Shown: positions 8,635 through 17,633, counted from the first letter of the stretch. The stretch: 45,204 nucleotides of DNA from an uncultured Oribacterium sp. (GCA_963534765.1 CAUSUG010000001.1:1-45204), one strand, 5' to 3'. Translations and numbers: made by a program. The notes: generated from the letters alone by a model not told the origin.

Positions 8635-10350
8635 TTAATCTTCTTTCCAAAAATACTCAGAAACCACCACTTGAAGTTGCTTTATGTTGTTGTACACCTG
8701 AATCTTTGGGTAGTATAACAGATTAAATCTATTTCGACTAGATTTTTTGTTCAAAAATTTTTCTCCGTCCTCAAAGAGTACTCCCTCCACTCGTATACCT
8801 TGTTCATCTTCCAAATATAATTTGATGGCATTTTTGTTTTTTCCCACAATTTTATAATCCTTTAGCAAAACATTCTTTTGCGCAAAGGCAGGCTTTTCAT
8901 TGCCTCTTCCGAAGGGTTCCAAGCGGGACAAGGAACGAACAAAGTCCTCTTTTAGATAGGAGAAAGGTAGGACCACATCAATCCAGACCTTCTCCTCCAA
9001 ATCCTCTGCCTGAAGCTTTGCATTTTGCAGGAGAGCCTTCTTTAGCATAGAAACATTTTCCCTTGCAACGGAAAATCCGGCAGCCATGGGATGACCTCCG
9101 AAGCGTAGCAGCAGTTCCTTTTGTTCCTCCAGGCGTTCCGCCATAGGATAGCCGGGAATGGAACGTCCGGAGGCTTTACAACTTCCGTCTTCCCCATTGG
9201 TGAGGATGAAGCAGGGACGATAATAGGCTTCTCGGATTCGTCCCGCCACAATTCCGGCAAGACTTTCATGTAAATCGGGAAGCACCAAAAACAGCAGCGG
9301 CACATCTCCTTCCTGTTCCGCCAGCGCCTTCGCTTCATCCACCCCTTTTTTCGTCATTTCCTTTCGTTCTTCATTTAAAACCAGTAAGTGCGCAGCCTTT
9401 TCCTCAGCCTTCCCTTCATCCTCCTCCAGGAAAAGTGAAAGCGCCAGCATCGCACTTTCCAAACGACCTCCCGCATTGATGCAGGGGCCGATTTGAAAAC
9501 CGAGAGTATAGGAGGAAATTTCCTGCTCCGGCAAAATATGGCACTGCTTTAGAAGAGCCTGCATACCGATATTTTGAGTCTTTTGCAAATGGGTCAGGCA
9601 ATACTTTACGATAACACGATTTTCTTTTTGTAAAGGCATTACATCACAAACCGTAGCAATGCCGGCAAAGCAGGACAGTTCCTCCAAAAGCTCTAAGCCC
9701 TTTTGCCGTTTTTCCAAAAGCATTTTCATAAGAAGATAGCAGACCATGGCTCCGCAGATTTCTTCATTAGGATACTTACTGCCCTCTCTTTTGGGATTCA
9801 CCACGGCAAAGGCTTCCGGAATCCTTTTCTTTCCGTCCTCATCTCTTCGTAAATCATGATGATCCGTAAGCAGTACATCCATACTGTAGGACTTTGCTTT
9901 CTCCATGGCGGAAAATGCGGAAATACCGTTGTCACAGGTAATCAGAAGGGAAATCTCCTCTGCCTTTGCCTCCTCGATAATCTGCTCGTTAATCCCGTAG
10001 CCGTCCAAAATTCTGTGTGGAATCACCACGGAAAGCTGCTCTTTGGAGAAAAATAAGGAAAGTGCCTTCGCCAATATGGTAGAGGCACAAACCCCATCCA
10101 CATCATAGTCTCCCACAATCCGAACTTTTTCTCCCTCTTTCATGGCTCGCTCCAGGCGATTTAAAAAACGAATACTGTCCGGCAAGAAAAGAGGAGAGGG
10201 AATCTCCTCTCCCTCTAAAAAATTCCGCATTTCCTCTTCTGTTGTTAAATCTCGATTCCGAAGAATGCGAACCAAAACCGGATCCAGAGATAATTTCTCT
10301 CCCAACTCCTGAAAATCTGCCTTTTTCCCGTATACAAACCACTTTTTCAT
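8635..10350 (-). CDS. recJ: Single-stranded DNA exonuclease RecJ
   Basis: GDYDVDG, ITCDNG, TDHH, GPCINAGGRL, FGGHPMAAG, LEPFGRGN. Confidence 0.97.
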   Translation of the reverse strand: MKKWFVYGKKADFQELGEKLSLDPVLVRILRNRDLTTEEEMRNFLEGEEIPSPLFLPDSIRFLNRLERAMKEGEKVRIVGDYDVDGVCASTILAKALSLFFSKEQLSVVIPHRILDGYGINEQIIEEAKAEEISLLITCDNGISAFSAMEKAKSYSMDVLLTDHHDLRRDEDGKKRIPEAFAVVNPKREGSKYPNEEICGAMVCYLLMKMLLEKRQKGLELLEELSCFAGIATVCDVMPLQKENRVIVKYCLTHLQKTQNIGMQALLKQCHILPEQEISSYTLGFQIGPCINAGGRLESAMLALSLFLEEDEGKAEEKAAHLLVLNEERKEMTKKGVDEAKALAEQEGDVPLLFLVLPDLHESLAGIVAGRIREAYYRPCFILTNGEDGSCKASGRSIPGYPMAERLEEQKELLLRFGGHPMAAGFSVARENVSMLKKALLQNAKLQAEDLEEKVWIDVVLPFSYLKEDFVRSLSRLEPFGRGNEKPAFAQKNVLLKDYKIVGKNKNAIKLYLEDEQGIRVEGVLFEDGEKFLNKKSSRNRFNLLYYPKIQVYNNIKQLQVVVSEYFWKED

Positions 10351-10395
10351 TTTTTTCCTTCTTTATTCAATCTTATTTTGCCGATGCATCTCATT

Positions 10396-10440
10396 ATGAA
10401 ACTTTATGCTGTATCTTTCATGAAACTTTATGCTGTATCT
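10396..10440. repeat. Exact 21-bp direct repeat (24-bp period) upstream of recJ
   Basis: ATGAAACTTTATGCTGTATCT at 10396-10416 and 10420-10440. Confidence 0.85.
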
Positions 10441-10529
10441 CCGGATGTATCGCTCTGCTTCTATTGCTTTCCCTACTTCCGGCCTATCCAAAGCCAACAC
10501 TTCCTCCTGTGCAAAATCCTTAAATTAAT

Positions 10530-10558
10530 TTGCGGAAGTATTTTTTTTCTTGTATAGT
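10530..10558 (+). promoter_or_regulatory. Candidate sigma-A promoter for the CPBP gene; T8 tract in spacer
   Basis: TTGCGG-N17-TATAGT. Confidence 0.55.
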
Positions 10559-10602
10559 AGAAAAGTCCGGGCATGTATTTTGCGATTAGAAATGGAGATA
10601 TG

Positions 10603-11538
10603 ATGAATTTATTAGAAATCAAAAGAGATTTAAATAAGAGTGCCTTAGCCCTTTTGTTATATGTATTGTCTGTACAGATATTAGCTGTACTTTTGGTGCT
10701 GCTTCTGCCTTTAAGCAAGATTCCTTTACTATCCGATCAATACATCTGCATGGTCATTTCCGTAGTCATCAGCTATTGTCTTTTGAACAATATCTTTCCG
10801 AAAGAAACAAGCGCAGAATCAACTAAAGAAATAAGCACAGAACCAAATCCTGAAAAACCAAGCTTTACTGTCCTGTCTTTCCTGCACTATTTCATGCTTT
10901 TCCAAGCCGCCCAGTGGATAGGAGGAATCATCAATTATCCGATTATGACCCTCTTTACCAAGCTTGGCTTGAACCTGTCTTTTTCCGAAGAAGCGGCAAG
11001 AGGTGGAAGCCTGACAAATGCCCCTATGCTGTTTTATACGATTTTGGTGGCTCCTCTAATGGAAGAACTGGTTTTTCGCGGAGTCTTTTATCACCGCTTC
11101 CGTTCCTACGGAAAATATTTTGCAGCTTTTTGCACCGCATTTTTCTTTGCTTTAATGCACAGCAATTTCCTGCAATTTGCACCGGCCTTCAGCATGGGAA
11201 TTATTCTCTTCTTTATCAGAGATCGTTACGGCCTTCCCTATTCCATCCTGCTGCATTTCAGTAATAACCTTTTGGCCATTGTGATAAACAACCTGTCTCA
11301 GGATTCAACTCTGATTCAAGGCATCTACAGCCTATTCCTTCTTGCCGGTTTGGGATATGGCATCTACTATGTTGTAAAAAATAGAAAAAGCCTGGCAGAA
11401 GACAGACAATACGAAAAGGAACACTCCCTTTCCTTAAAGCAATTCTTTTCCTCTCCCCTCTTATGGGTAGATATCGTCCTGATGGTGGCTCTGGCCTGTG
11501 TCAGCCTCTTTGTCCCTATGGATACAGGAGCAATGTAA
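10603..11538 (+). CDS. CPBP family (CAAX/Abi) intramembrane glutamic protease
   Basis: APLMEELVFRG, FFALMH, SILLHFSNN motifs; start set after GGAG (10594-10597). Confidence 0.92.
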   Translation: MNLLEIKRDLNKSALALLLYVLSVQILAVLLVLLLPLSKIPLLSDQYICMVISVVISYCLLNNIFPKETSAESTKEISTEPNPEKPSFTVLSFLHYFMLFQAAQWIGGIINYPIMTLFTKLGLNLSFSEEAARGGSLTNAPMLFYTILVAPLMEELVFRGVFYHRFRSYGKYFAAFCTAFFFALMHSNFLQFAPAFSMGIILFFIRDRYGLPYSILLHFSNNLLAIVINNLSQDSTLIQGIYSLFLLAGLGYGIYYVVKNRKSLAEDRQYEKEHSLSLKQFFSSPLLWVDIVLMVALACVSLFVPMDTGAM

Positions 11539-11614
11539 AAATAAACTAATACAAATTTATGCATATAGGTCCGGAATAAGGGGTAATCTGAGCCCGTGGG
11601 TACTACATCACCCC

Positions 11615-13264
11615 TTACTTTCCAAAAAGAGTTTCCAGGATGCCTCTTCCAAAGGCAGCACCGATATTTCCACCCAGTCGTCTTCCCAAGCCTTTTCCAA
11701 AGACGGATTTTCCGATGCCGGAGCCGATTTCCCGGCCGATGGATCCGGAAACGGAGCGGCCTACGGATTTCATTACGGTCTTTTGCTTGGACTTTTCCTT
11801 TTCCATTTCCCGTTCCTGACGAAGGCGTTCCTTTTCTTCTTCCTTTTCCTTAAGTCTTTGGACTCTCTCCTCTTCTTTCTCCTGCTTAGCTCTTTCCTTC
11901 TCCTCCGCCTTTTCCTGTAGAAGACGGTTTTTCTCTGCTTCTTTTTCTTCTAATTCCTTCTGGAAACGCTCCTGCTCTTCCTTTCCCTTTCTATGCAAGA
12001 ATTCGTAAGCGGAATCCCGGTCCACCGTTTCTCCGTAGCGAATATAGAGGCTTGAAGCCTTGATGGCTCTGTCCTGCTCCTCCGGGCTTGCCTCTCCCAG
12101 ATAAGACTGGGGTGGGAAAATCTTGGCCTTTTCCACGATGGCAGGACTGCCGTCCTCCTGCAAACAGGAAATCAAGGCCTCTCCCGTTCCCAGGTTCTCC
12201 AGTACCTCCTCGGAGGAAAATGCAGGATTTTCCCGGAAGCTGTCCGCTGCCGCACGAATCTTCTTGCGTTCTGCCGGTGTATAGGCTCTTAAGCCATGCT
12301 GAATCTTATTTCCGCACTGAGCCAAAATGGCATCCGGAATATCCGAGGGGCTTTGGGTAATATAATAAATGCCTACGCCCTTGCTTCGAATCAAACGGGT
12401 GATTTGGTTTAATTTTTCCAGTAAGGCCTTGGGTGCATCGTCGAAAAGGAGATGCGCTTCATCAAAGAAAAAGACAAAGCGGGGCTTCTCCAAATCCCCA
12501 ACCTCCGGAAGCAGTTCATAAAGCTCCGATAAAAGGTAAAGCAGGAAGGTGGAATACAGCTTCGGCTCTCCCATAATTCTCTTGGCATTAAAAATATGGA
12601 TAATCCCCTGTCCCTTCTCATTTTGCCGGAAGAAATCCTTTACATCCAAAGCAGGCTCGCCGAAGAATTCCTTTCCTCCCGCCTCTTCTAAGGCTACTAC
12701 GGAACGAATTAAGGCATTCAAACTCTGAGTAGGCAGATTTCCAAAGGAAGCACTGTACTCCTTACTGTTTTCCGCCACATACTGCAATACGGAGCGAAGA
12801 TCCTTGGTGTCAATCAGCAAAAGCCCTTCCTCATCCGCAATCCGAAAAACAACGCGCAAAATATCACTCTGCACATCCGTACAATTCAGCACTCGGCTTA
12901 AGAGCAATGGTCCCATCTCCGAAATCGTACAGCGAAGAGGAATCCCCTCCTCTTTGGATAGGGCAAAAAGCTCCACAGAGAAGCCCTGATAACGGAATTC
13001 CTCCTCTGTAAGCTTGCATTCTTCTCTTCTCTTTTCAATCCCTTCGGAAGCTTCTCCCGGCTTTAATAGACCGGATAAGTCTCCCTTTACATCGGATAGA
13101 AACACCGGAATTCCCAGGGAAGAAAACTTTTCCGCTAAAACTTTTAAGCTTACCGTCTTACCTGTTCCCGTTGCTCCGGCTATAAATCCGTGACGGTTAA
13201 TTTTATCGGAAAGAATAGAAATTCTCTTTCCTTCTTCGTTTATGGCAAAATCAATTTTAGACAT
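11615..13264 (-). CDS. DUF853 / YjgR family HerA-FtsK-like ATPase
   Basis: NRHGFIAGATGTGKT (Walker A), FFFDEAHLLF (Walker B), RLIRSKGVG, TQSPSDIP; start at MSKIDF after AAAGGAG. Confidence 0.9.
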   Translation of the reverse strand: MSKIDFAINEEGKRISILSDKINRHGFIAGATGTGKTVSLKVLAEKFSSLGIPVFLSDVKGDLSGLLKPGEASEGIEKRREECKLTEEEFRYQGFSVELFALSKEEGIPLRCTISEMGPLLLSRVLNCTDVQSDILRVVFRIADEEGLLLIDTKDLRSVLQYVAENSKEYSASFGNLPTQSLNALIRSVVALEEAGGKEFFGEPALDVKDFFRQNEKGQGIIHIFNAKRIMGEPKLYSTFLLYLLSELYELLPEVGDLEKPRFVFFFDEAHLLFDDAPKALLEKLNQITRLIRSKGVGIYYITQSPSDIPDAILAQCGNKIQHGLRAYTPAERKKIRAAADSFRENPAFSSEEVLENLGTGEALISCLQEDGSPAIVEKAKIFPPQSYLGEASPEEQDRAIKASSLYIRYGETVDRDSAYEFLHRKGKEEQERFQKELEEKEAEKNRLLQEKAEEKERAKQEKEEERVQRLKEKEEEKERLRQEREMEKEKSKQKTVMKSVGRSVSGSIGREIGSGIGKSVFGKGLGRRLGGNIGAAFGRGILETLFGK

Positions 13265-13342
13265 AGGCTCTCCTTTTTGTGAAATCAGTAATGCCATTTT
13301 ACTAAAAAACCATTCTCTTGAACATTGCTTTTTTTAATAAAC

Positions 13343-13372
13343 TTGTCAAAACTCCCAGTGCTATGCTAGGAT
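13343..13372 (+). promoter_or_regulatory. Promoter of the Rrf2 gene with overlapping imperfect palindrome (candidate autoregulatory operator)
   Basis: TTGTCA-N18-TAGGAT with TGn; TCCCA-N9-TAGGA at 13353-13371. Confidence 0.5.
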
Positions 13373-13398
13373 ATAAAAAAGCTATGGAGGAAAAGAAT

Positions 13399-13842
13399 AT
13401 GATGATTTCAACCAAAGGCCGTTATGCCTTAAGTACCCTGATTGATATAGCTGAACAGGAAAAGAAAGGAAATCCCGTTTCTATTAAAGAAGTAGCGGAA
13501 CGACAGGGAATTTCCGTAAAATATTTAGAGCAGATTATCGCCCTGATGGTGAAGGGTGGATTTTTAAAGAGCGTCCGGGGAGCCAAGGGGGGATATCTTC
13601 TTTTAAAGGAAGCAAAGGATATTTCCGTGGGAGATATTTTAGATGCTGCAGAGGGAACCCTCTCCCCTGTGGATTGTGTGAAAGAGGGAAGTAATTGTGA
13701 ACGGTCTGCCAGCTGTCCCACCTTCCCCTTATATAAGGAAATAGACGAAGCCATCTATGCCGTAGTGAATCGCTATAGCTTGGAGGATTTACTGCAATGC
13801 AATTCCAAAGGAAAGCTGGAGCATTGTCCAAGTAAGAACTAA
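13399..13842 (+). CDS. Rrf2 family transcription regulator with a three-Cys Fe-S motif (IscR/CymR-like)
   Basis: ISTKGRYAL, ISVKYLEQI, SVRGAKGGY, C-x6-C-x5-C; SD GGAGG. Confidence 0.93.
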   Translation: MMISTKGRYALSTLIDIAEQEKKGNPVSIKEVAERQGISVKYLEQIIALMVKGGFLKSVRGAKGGYLLLKEAKDISVGDILDAAEGTLSPVDCVKEGSNCERSASCPTFPLYKEIDEAIYAVVNRYSLEDLLQCNSKGKLEHCPSKN

Positions 13843-13920
13843 GAATAAAGAGAACCCAAACAAATCTTATAGTGCTGATGTAAAACGATATATCCTACAT
13901 TAGCTGAGCATTAAGAACTA

Positions 13921-13952
13921 AAAAAGACGATGAATTTCTTCATCGTCTTTTT
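13921..13952. terminator. Bidirectional terminator (Rrf2 gene / tRNA-Arg)
   Basis: Perfect 14-bp stem AAAAAGACGATGAA-TTTC-TTCATCGTCTTTTT. Confidence 0.9.
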
Positions 13953-13953
13953 C

Positions 13954-14027
13954 TGCGTGCGACAGGATTCGAACCCACGACCTTCTGGTCCGTAGCCAGA
14001 CGCTCTATCCAGCTGAGCTACGCACGC
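13954..14027 (-). tRNA. tRNA-Arg(ACG), CCA not encoded
   Basis: GCGTGCG/CGCACGC acceptor stem, D arm GCTC/GAGC, anticodon arm TCTGG-CTACGGA-CCAGA, T loop TTCGAAT. Confidence 0.97.
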
Positions 14028-14045
14028 TTGCGAAACGCAAGGAAT

Positions 14046-14074
14046 ATCATAGCAAAGCTTCATTTTCCTGTCAA
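14046..14074 (-). promoter_or_regulatory. Near-consensus sigma-A promoter of tRNA-Arg
   Basis: TTGACA-N17-TATGAT with extended -10 TGn. Confidence 0.85.
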
Positions 14075-14083
14075 GCACTTCTT

Positions 14084-15352
14084 CTAAATCTCATCCATTG
14101 CACCGTTTCTCTCCAAGATTCCGGGAATCTCTGCAAGAGATACAATACGATAACGGAACTCTGCACGAGAGCCTGCCAACTCCTTTAATCTTCTGGAGAT
14201 TCTCTGGTAAATAATGGCACAGTCTTCTCTCTTGGTTCCAATCAGAAGAATCAGATACTGGGAGGAAGAATACTTGGTGTAAACGTCTCCCTTTCTTAAG
14301 CCTTCGGATAAAGACTGCTGTAAAATCTCGGCACGGGTATTCAGCTTATCCTGATTCTGGATGGGCTTTCCTTCATAATCCACCAAGGTGCAAAGCATCA
14401 TAAAGATGGAAGAACCTCTTCTTTCCAGATTTCGTCTAAGCACATGATAAACGTCAATAAAGCTGGTGAAGGGGCAAAGGTAAGCGCCAATCTTCCTGGT
14501 TCCCATCTCGCTCTTCAGCTTCTCGTCCTTACGAACAATGTTGGCCTGAATCTGACGGATATCGTCGGTTACTACACGAACATTGTCGGAAAGTCTTTCG
14601 TAGCAAGCCCGTAAAGCATCGGGAATGGGTACTTCCAACTCGTCCTGATAGTAGTGAGCGCACTTCATGTATAAATCGTATGCGGTCTTATAATCCTTCT
14701 TCAGAATCAAAGCATCAATCATCTCAATCTGCCATCCGTTGTCCGGATAGATTTTATTGGCCTGATCGTACATCATGAAAAGCTCTTCGTATTCCTGATG
14801 CTCACGGTAATAAGCCCCTAAGAATTCAATCACTTCATCATAAAGGCGCTTTAGGCGAACGCTCTCCAAGATTACCCAGTAATCCGTAGCAAACTCCGGC
14901 AATAATTCACCCTTGTATATCTTAAAAGCCTTCTGATAGTAAGACAACTTCTTACTCTCTTCCTTACTGTTCTTCGCCTTTAAGCAAATGTCTTCGAATT
15001 CCTGCACATCCATGACGTAATCATACTCAGGAAGATACTCCGGAGCATAGATTCCTCTTTTTCCGTCAATAATCTTCTTTCCGGGCATCCCCGCCTTCTT
15101 TAACTGGGTTCTCGCCTGGTGGAGCAGGTTATTCAAGCTGTTGTTTTCATCCAAAAGGGACTTATGACCGAAAATTCCATCAATCAAATCTCTTTTGGAA
15201 ATGCCCCCCAGCCCTCTTAAGAGGACAATTTCGGTGAGCTTTAGGAAATTGGCTTTATTGTTATTTCCTAAGTCTAACTGCTTATCTCCGATGTAAAGAG
15301 AAAAGCCACCCAGCATCTCTACATAAATTCTACTTTTCTTTTTCGCTTCCAT
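14084..15352 (-). CDS. SARP-type regulator: winged HTH + BTAD + degenerate GGDEF-like C-terminal domain
   Basis: IYVEMLGGFSL start; DVQEFE...AFKIYKGELLPE...YWVILESVRLKRLY (BTAD); LRKGDVYTKYSSSQYLILL. Confidence 0.8.
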   Translation of the reverse strand: MEAKKKSRIYVEMLGGFSLYIGDKQLDLGNNNKANFLKLTEIVLLRGLGGISKRDLIDGIFGHKSLLDENNSLNNLLHQARTQLKKAGMPGKKIIDGKRGIYAPEYLPEYDYVMDVQEFEDICLKAKNSKEESKKLSYYQKAFKIYKGELLPEFATDYWVILESVRLKRLYDEVIEFLGAYYREHQEYEELFMMYDQANKIYPDNGWQIEMIDALILKKDYKTAYDLYMKCAHYYQDELEVPIPDALRACYERLSDNVRVVTDDIRQIQANIVRKDEKLKSEMGTRKIGAYLCPFTSFIDVYHVLRRNLERRGSSIFMMLCTLVDYEGKPIQNQDKLNTRAEILQQSLSEGLRKGDVYTKYSSSQYLILLIGTKREDCAIIYQRISRRLKELAGSRAEFRYRIVSLAEIPGILERNGAMDEI

Positions 15353-15389
15353 AATCGTCCTTTATCAAAAATACCATTTGTTCCTGCCT

Positions 15390-15418
15390 ATTTTAAGATT
15401 TTTTTTATCGCTTGTAAA
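15390..15418 (-). promoter_or_regulatory. Sigma-A promoter for the SARP/BTAD gene; A8 tract in spacer
   Basis: TTTACA-N17-TAAAAT. Confidence 0.6.
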
Positions 15419-15497
15419 GCTTTAAAAGGATAAATATTTTGGCTTTTTTCAATATTTCCTGTATTATACTAGGAAAAACGGAAAAAAGGAGACTCCT

Positions 15498-16184
15498 ATG
15501 CGAATTTTATTAGTAGAAGACGAGAAAATTCTATCCAAGAGCATTAAAATGATTTTGGAGCGGGCGGAGTATGAAGTAGATACGGCGTATGACGGGGAAG
15601 AGGCTTTGGAGTATGCCAAAACCGCCATTTACGATTTAATGATTTTAGATGTGATGATGCCCAAGCTGAACGGTTATCAGGTGGCAAGACAGCTACGTAA
15701 AGAAAAAAACGGCCTGCCTATCCTGATGCTTACCGCCAAAAGTCAGCTGGAGGATCGTATCGAAGGCTTGGAGGGAGGTGCTGACTACTATCTCACCAAG
15801 CCTTTTGACAAAAGAGAACTACTGGCCTGCATCTCCGCCTTATTGCGAAGACAGGGACAGGAAGTGAACAGCTTAAGCTTCGGAGATTTAAGTCTGGATT
15901 TGGATAGTAAGGATCTTTCTTCCGGAGCACATAGTCTGAAGCTGTCCAAAAAGGAATTTGAACTGATGCGTATGCTTTTACAAGGGAAAAATCAAATTCT
16001 AAGTAAGGAGCAGATTCTCCAAAAGGTTTGGGGCTATGACAGTGATGCGGTGGAAAACCATGTAGAGGTTTATGTGGGATTTCTCCGGAAAAAACTTCGG
16101 CTTTTGGAAAGTACTGTAAGCATCCAAAGCCGAAGAGGACTGGGATATTTTCTGGCAGAGCAGGAAGAGGGCAAAGAGGAGTAA
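15498..16184 (+). CDS. OmpR/PhoB family response regulator
   Basis: ILLVEDE, LDVMMPKLNG, GADYYLTKPF, EVYVGFLRKKL, RGLGY. Confidence 0.96.
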   Translation: MRILLVEDEKILSKSIKMILERAEYEVDTAYDGEEALEYAKTAIYDLMILDVMMPKLNGYQVARQLRKEKNGLPILMLTAKSQLEDRIEGLEGGADYYLTKPFDKRELLACISALLRRQGQEVNSLSFGDLSLDLDSKDLSSGAHSLKLSKKEFELMRMLLQGKNQILSKEQILQKVWGYDSDAVENHVEVYVGFLRKKLRLLESTVSIQSRRGLGYFLAEQEEGKEE

Positions 16185-16280
16185 AAAGGCTTACAACCTT
16201 TCTTTATAAAAGAAAAGCGAGTAAGTAAGGTAAGAAAGGAAAGAAAGAATAGAAAGGGAAGAAAGAAAGAAAGGAAAGCA

Positions 16281-17633
16281 ATGAAAAAACAGAAAATTCG
16301 TATTATGGCACTCCTCTTTTTGCTCTTTACGGTGATGCTGCTGATATTATCCTTCACCAACTTTAACTATAGTAAAAAGGCCCAGGAGGAGCAAATGGAT
16401 ATGGAGCTGGAGCAACTGATGTTCCCCGGCTTTCGAAACGGACATGAGACCCTGCCCAGTCGCTATTTTTCCTATGTAATTTTGGAAATTGGTGAGAATA
16501 ACGAAATAACAAGCCAGCAAAGCTCCCCTGCATGGGACTATTCTTCCTTTGATTCTCCCCCCTCCGAGAAGGGGCCGGAAGGGCAGGATTCGGATTTTTC
16601 TCCGAAGGACAGAAAGACTAAAGAAAAGGATATTCCTTCGGAAACAACTGCAGAAACGAGTTCTTCGAAAACGAATGATAACAACGAAGATATTTACACC
16701 GATGAAAGCTCCGAAGTTTTAAATGCTATTGTGAAGAAGATTCTGAGCAAAGAAAAAAGATCCGGTACCATCTATCGTTATAAGCTTCGTTATCTTCTTA
16801 AAGAAGAAGGACAGAAAACCTTGATTTTAGGAGATTATCAGAGAGAGCTAAATATGCTGAACAAGCAGGCTCTTTCCACTGCTCTCTTGGCTTTGGTACT
16901 GATTCTGCTGTTTCTTCCCTTAGACTACTTCTTTTCCTCCTGGGCCATTCGTCCCAGTGTGCAGGCCATGGAAAAGCAAAAGCAGTTTATTTCCGATGCC
17001 GGCCATGAATTAAAAACGCCATTAGCTGTCATAGCCGCTAACCTCTCTCTTTTGGAGGATCAGGATTTATCCACGGAAACTCGGGATTTTGTTCAAAACA
17101 TCGCTGTTATGAGTAAGAAAATGCAGGGATTGGTGGAAAAGCTTTTACAGCTTTCCCGTTTAGAGCAGCAGGTATTCACCTATGGCGAAATGGATTATTC
17201 CCGACGAGTTTCTGAAATCTGCCTGCAAATGGAAGCACTGTTTTTCGAAGAGGGAATAGAATTAGATGTTGACCTAGAACAGAATATTGTTTTAAAGCAC
17301 GCTATAGAAAGTCAGGTGGAGGAGGTTTTACGAATTTTTCTGGATAACGGACGAAAATATGCGGATAAACCCTCTACCCTCTTTGTAAAGCTTTACAGAG
17401 AAAAAAATATGGCCATCCTTTCCGTGGACTCCGCGGGAAGAAGCCTTAGTAAGGCTGAGTTCGAAAAGATTTTTTCCCGCTTTACCCGACTGGATGAGGC
17501 CAGAAGCCAAAGCGAAAGCTTCGGTTTGGGACTATCCATCGCCAGGGAAATCGCCACCAACCACAAGGGAAAAATCTATGGCTACGGGAAGAATGGCAGG
17601 AATTGCTTTGTCCTTGCCCTCCCTATGCAGTAA
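16281..17633 (+). CDS. Two-TM sensor histidine kinase (HisKA + HATPase_c)
   Basis: FISDAGHELKTPL (H box), LDNGRKY (N box), FSRFTR (F box), GLGLSIA (G2 box). Confidence 0.93.
   Translation: MKKQKIRIMALLFLLFTVMLLILSFTNFNYSKKAQEEQMDMELEQLMFPGFRNGHETLPSRYFSYVILEIGENNEITSQQSSPAWDYSSFDSPPSEKGPEGQDSDFSPKDRKTKEKDIPSETTAETSSSKTNDNNEDIYTDESSEVLNAIVKKILSKEKRSGTIYRYKLRYLLKEEGQKTLILGDYQRELNMLNKQALSTALLALVLILLFLPLDYFFSSWAIRPSVQAMEKQKQFISDAGHELKTPLAVIAANLSLLEDQDLSTETRDFVQNIAVMSKKMQGLVEKLLQLSRLEQQVFTYGEMDYSRRVSEICLQMEALFFEEGIELDVDLEQNIVLKHAIESQVEEVLRIFLDNGRKYADKPSTLFVKLYREKNMAILSVDSAGRSLSKAEFEKIFSRFTRLDEARSQSESFGLGLSIAREIATNHKGKIYGYGKNGRNCFVLALPMQ

Noticed and set aside
10603..11538. CPBP ('Abi') protein as abortive-infection or bacteriocin immunity
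   Set aside because: The Abi name is historical; no bacteriocin or defence genes nearby
11615..13264. HerA-like ATPase as an anti-phage defence system
   Set aside because: Motifs fit the stand-alone DUF853/YjgR family; no NurA, SIR2 or nuclease partner adjacent
13874..13904. Hairpin GCTGATGTA/TACATTAGC after the Rrf2 gene as an sRNA
   Set aside because: Short AT-rich stem with a large loop; best explained as 3' UTR before the real terminator
13843..14027. tRNA-Arg as an integration site for a genomic island
   Set aside because: No integrase, no duplicated tRNA 3' end noticed in the window, and flanking genes look chromosomal
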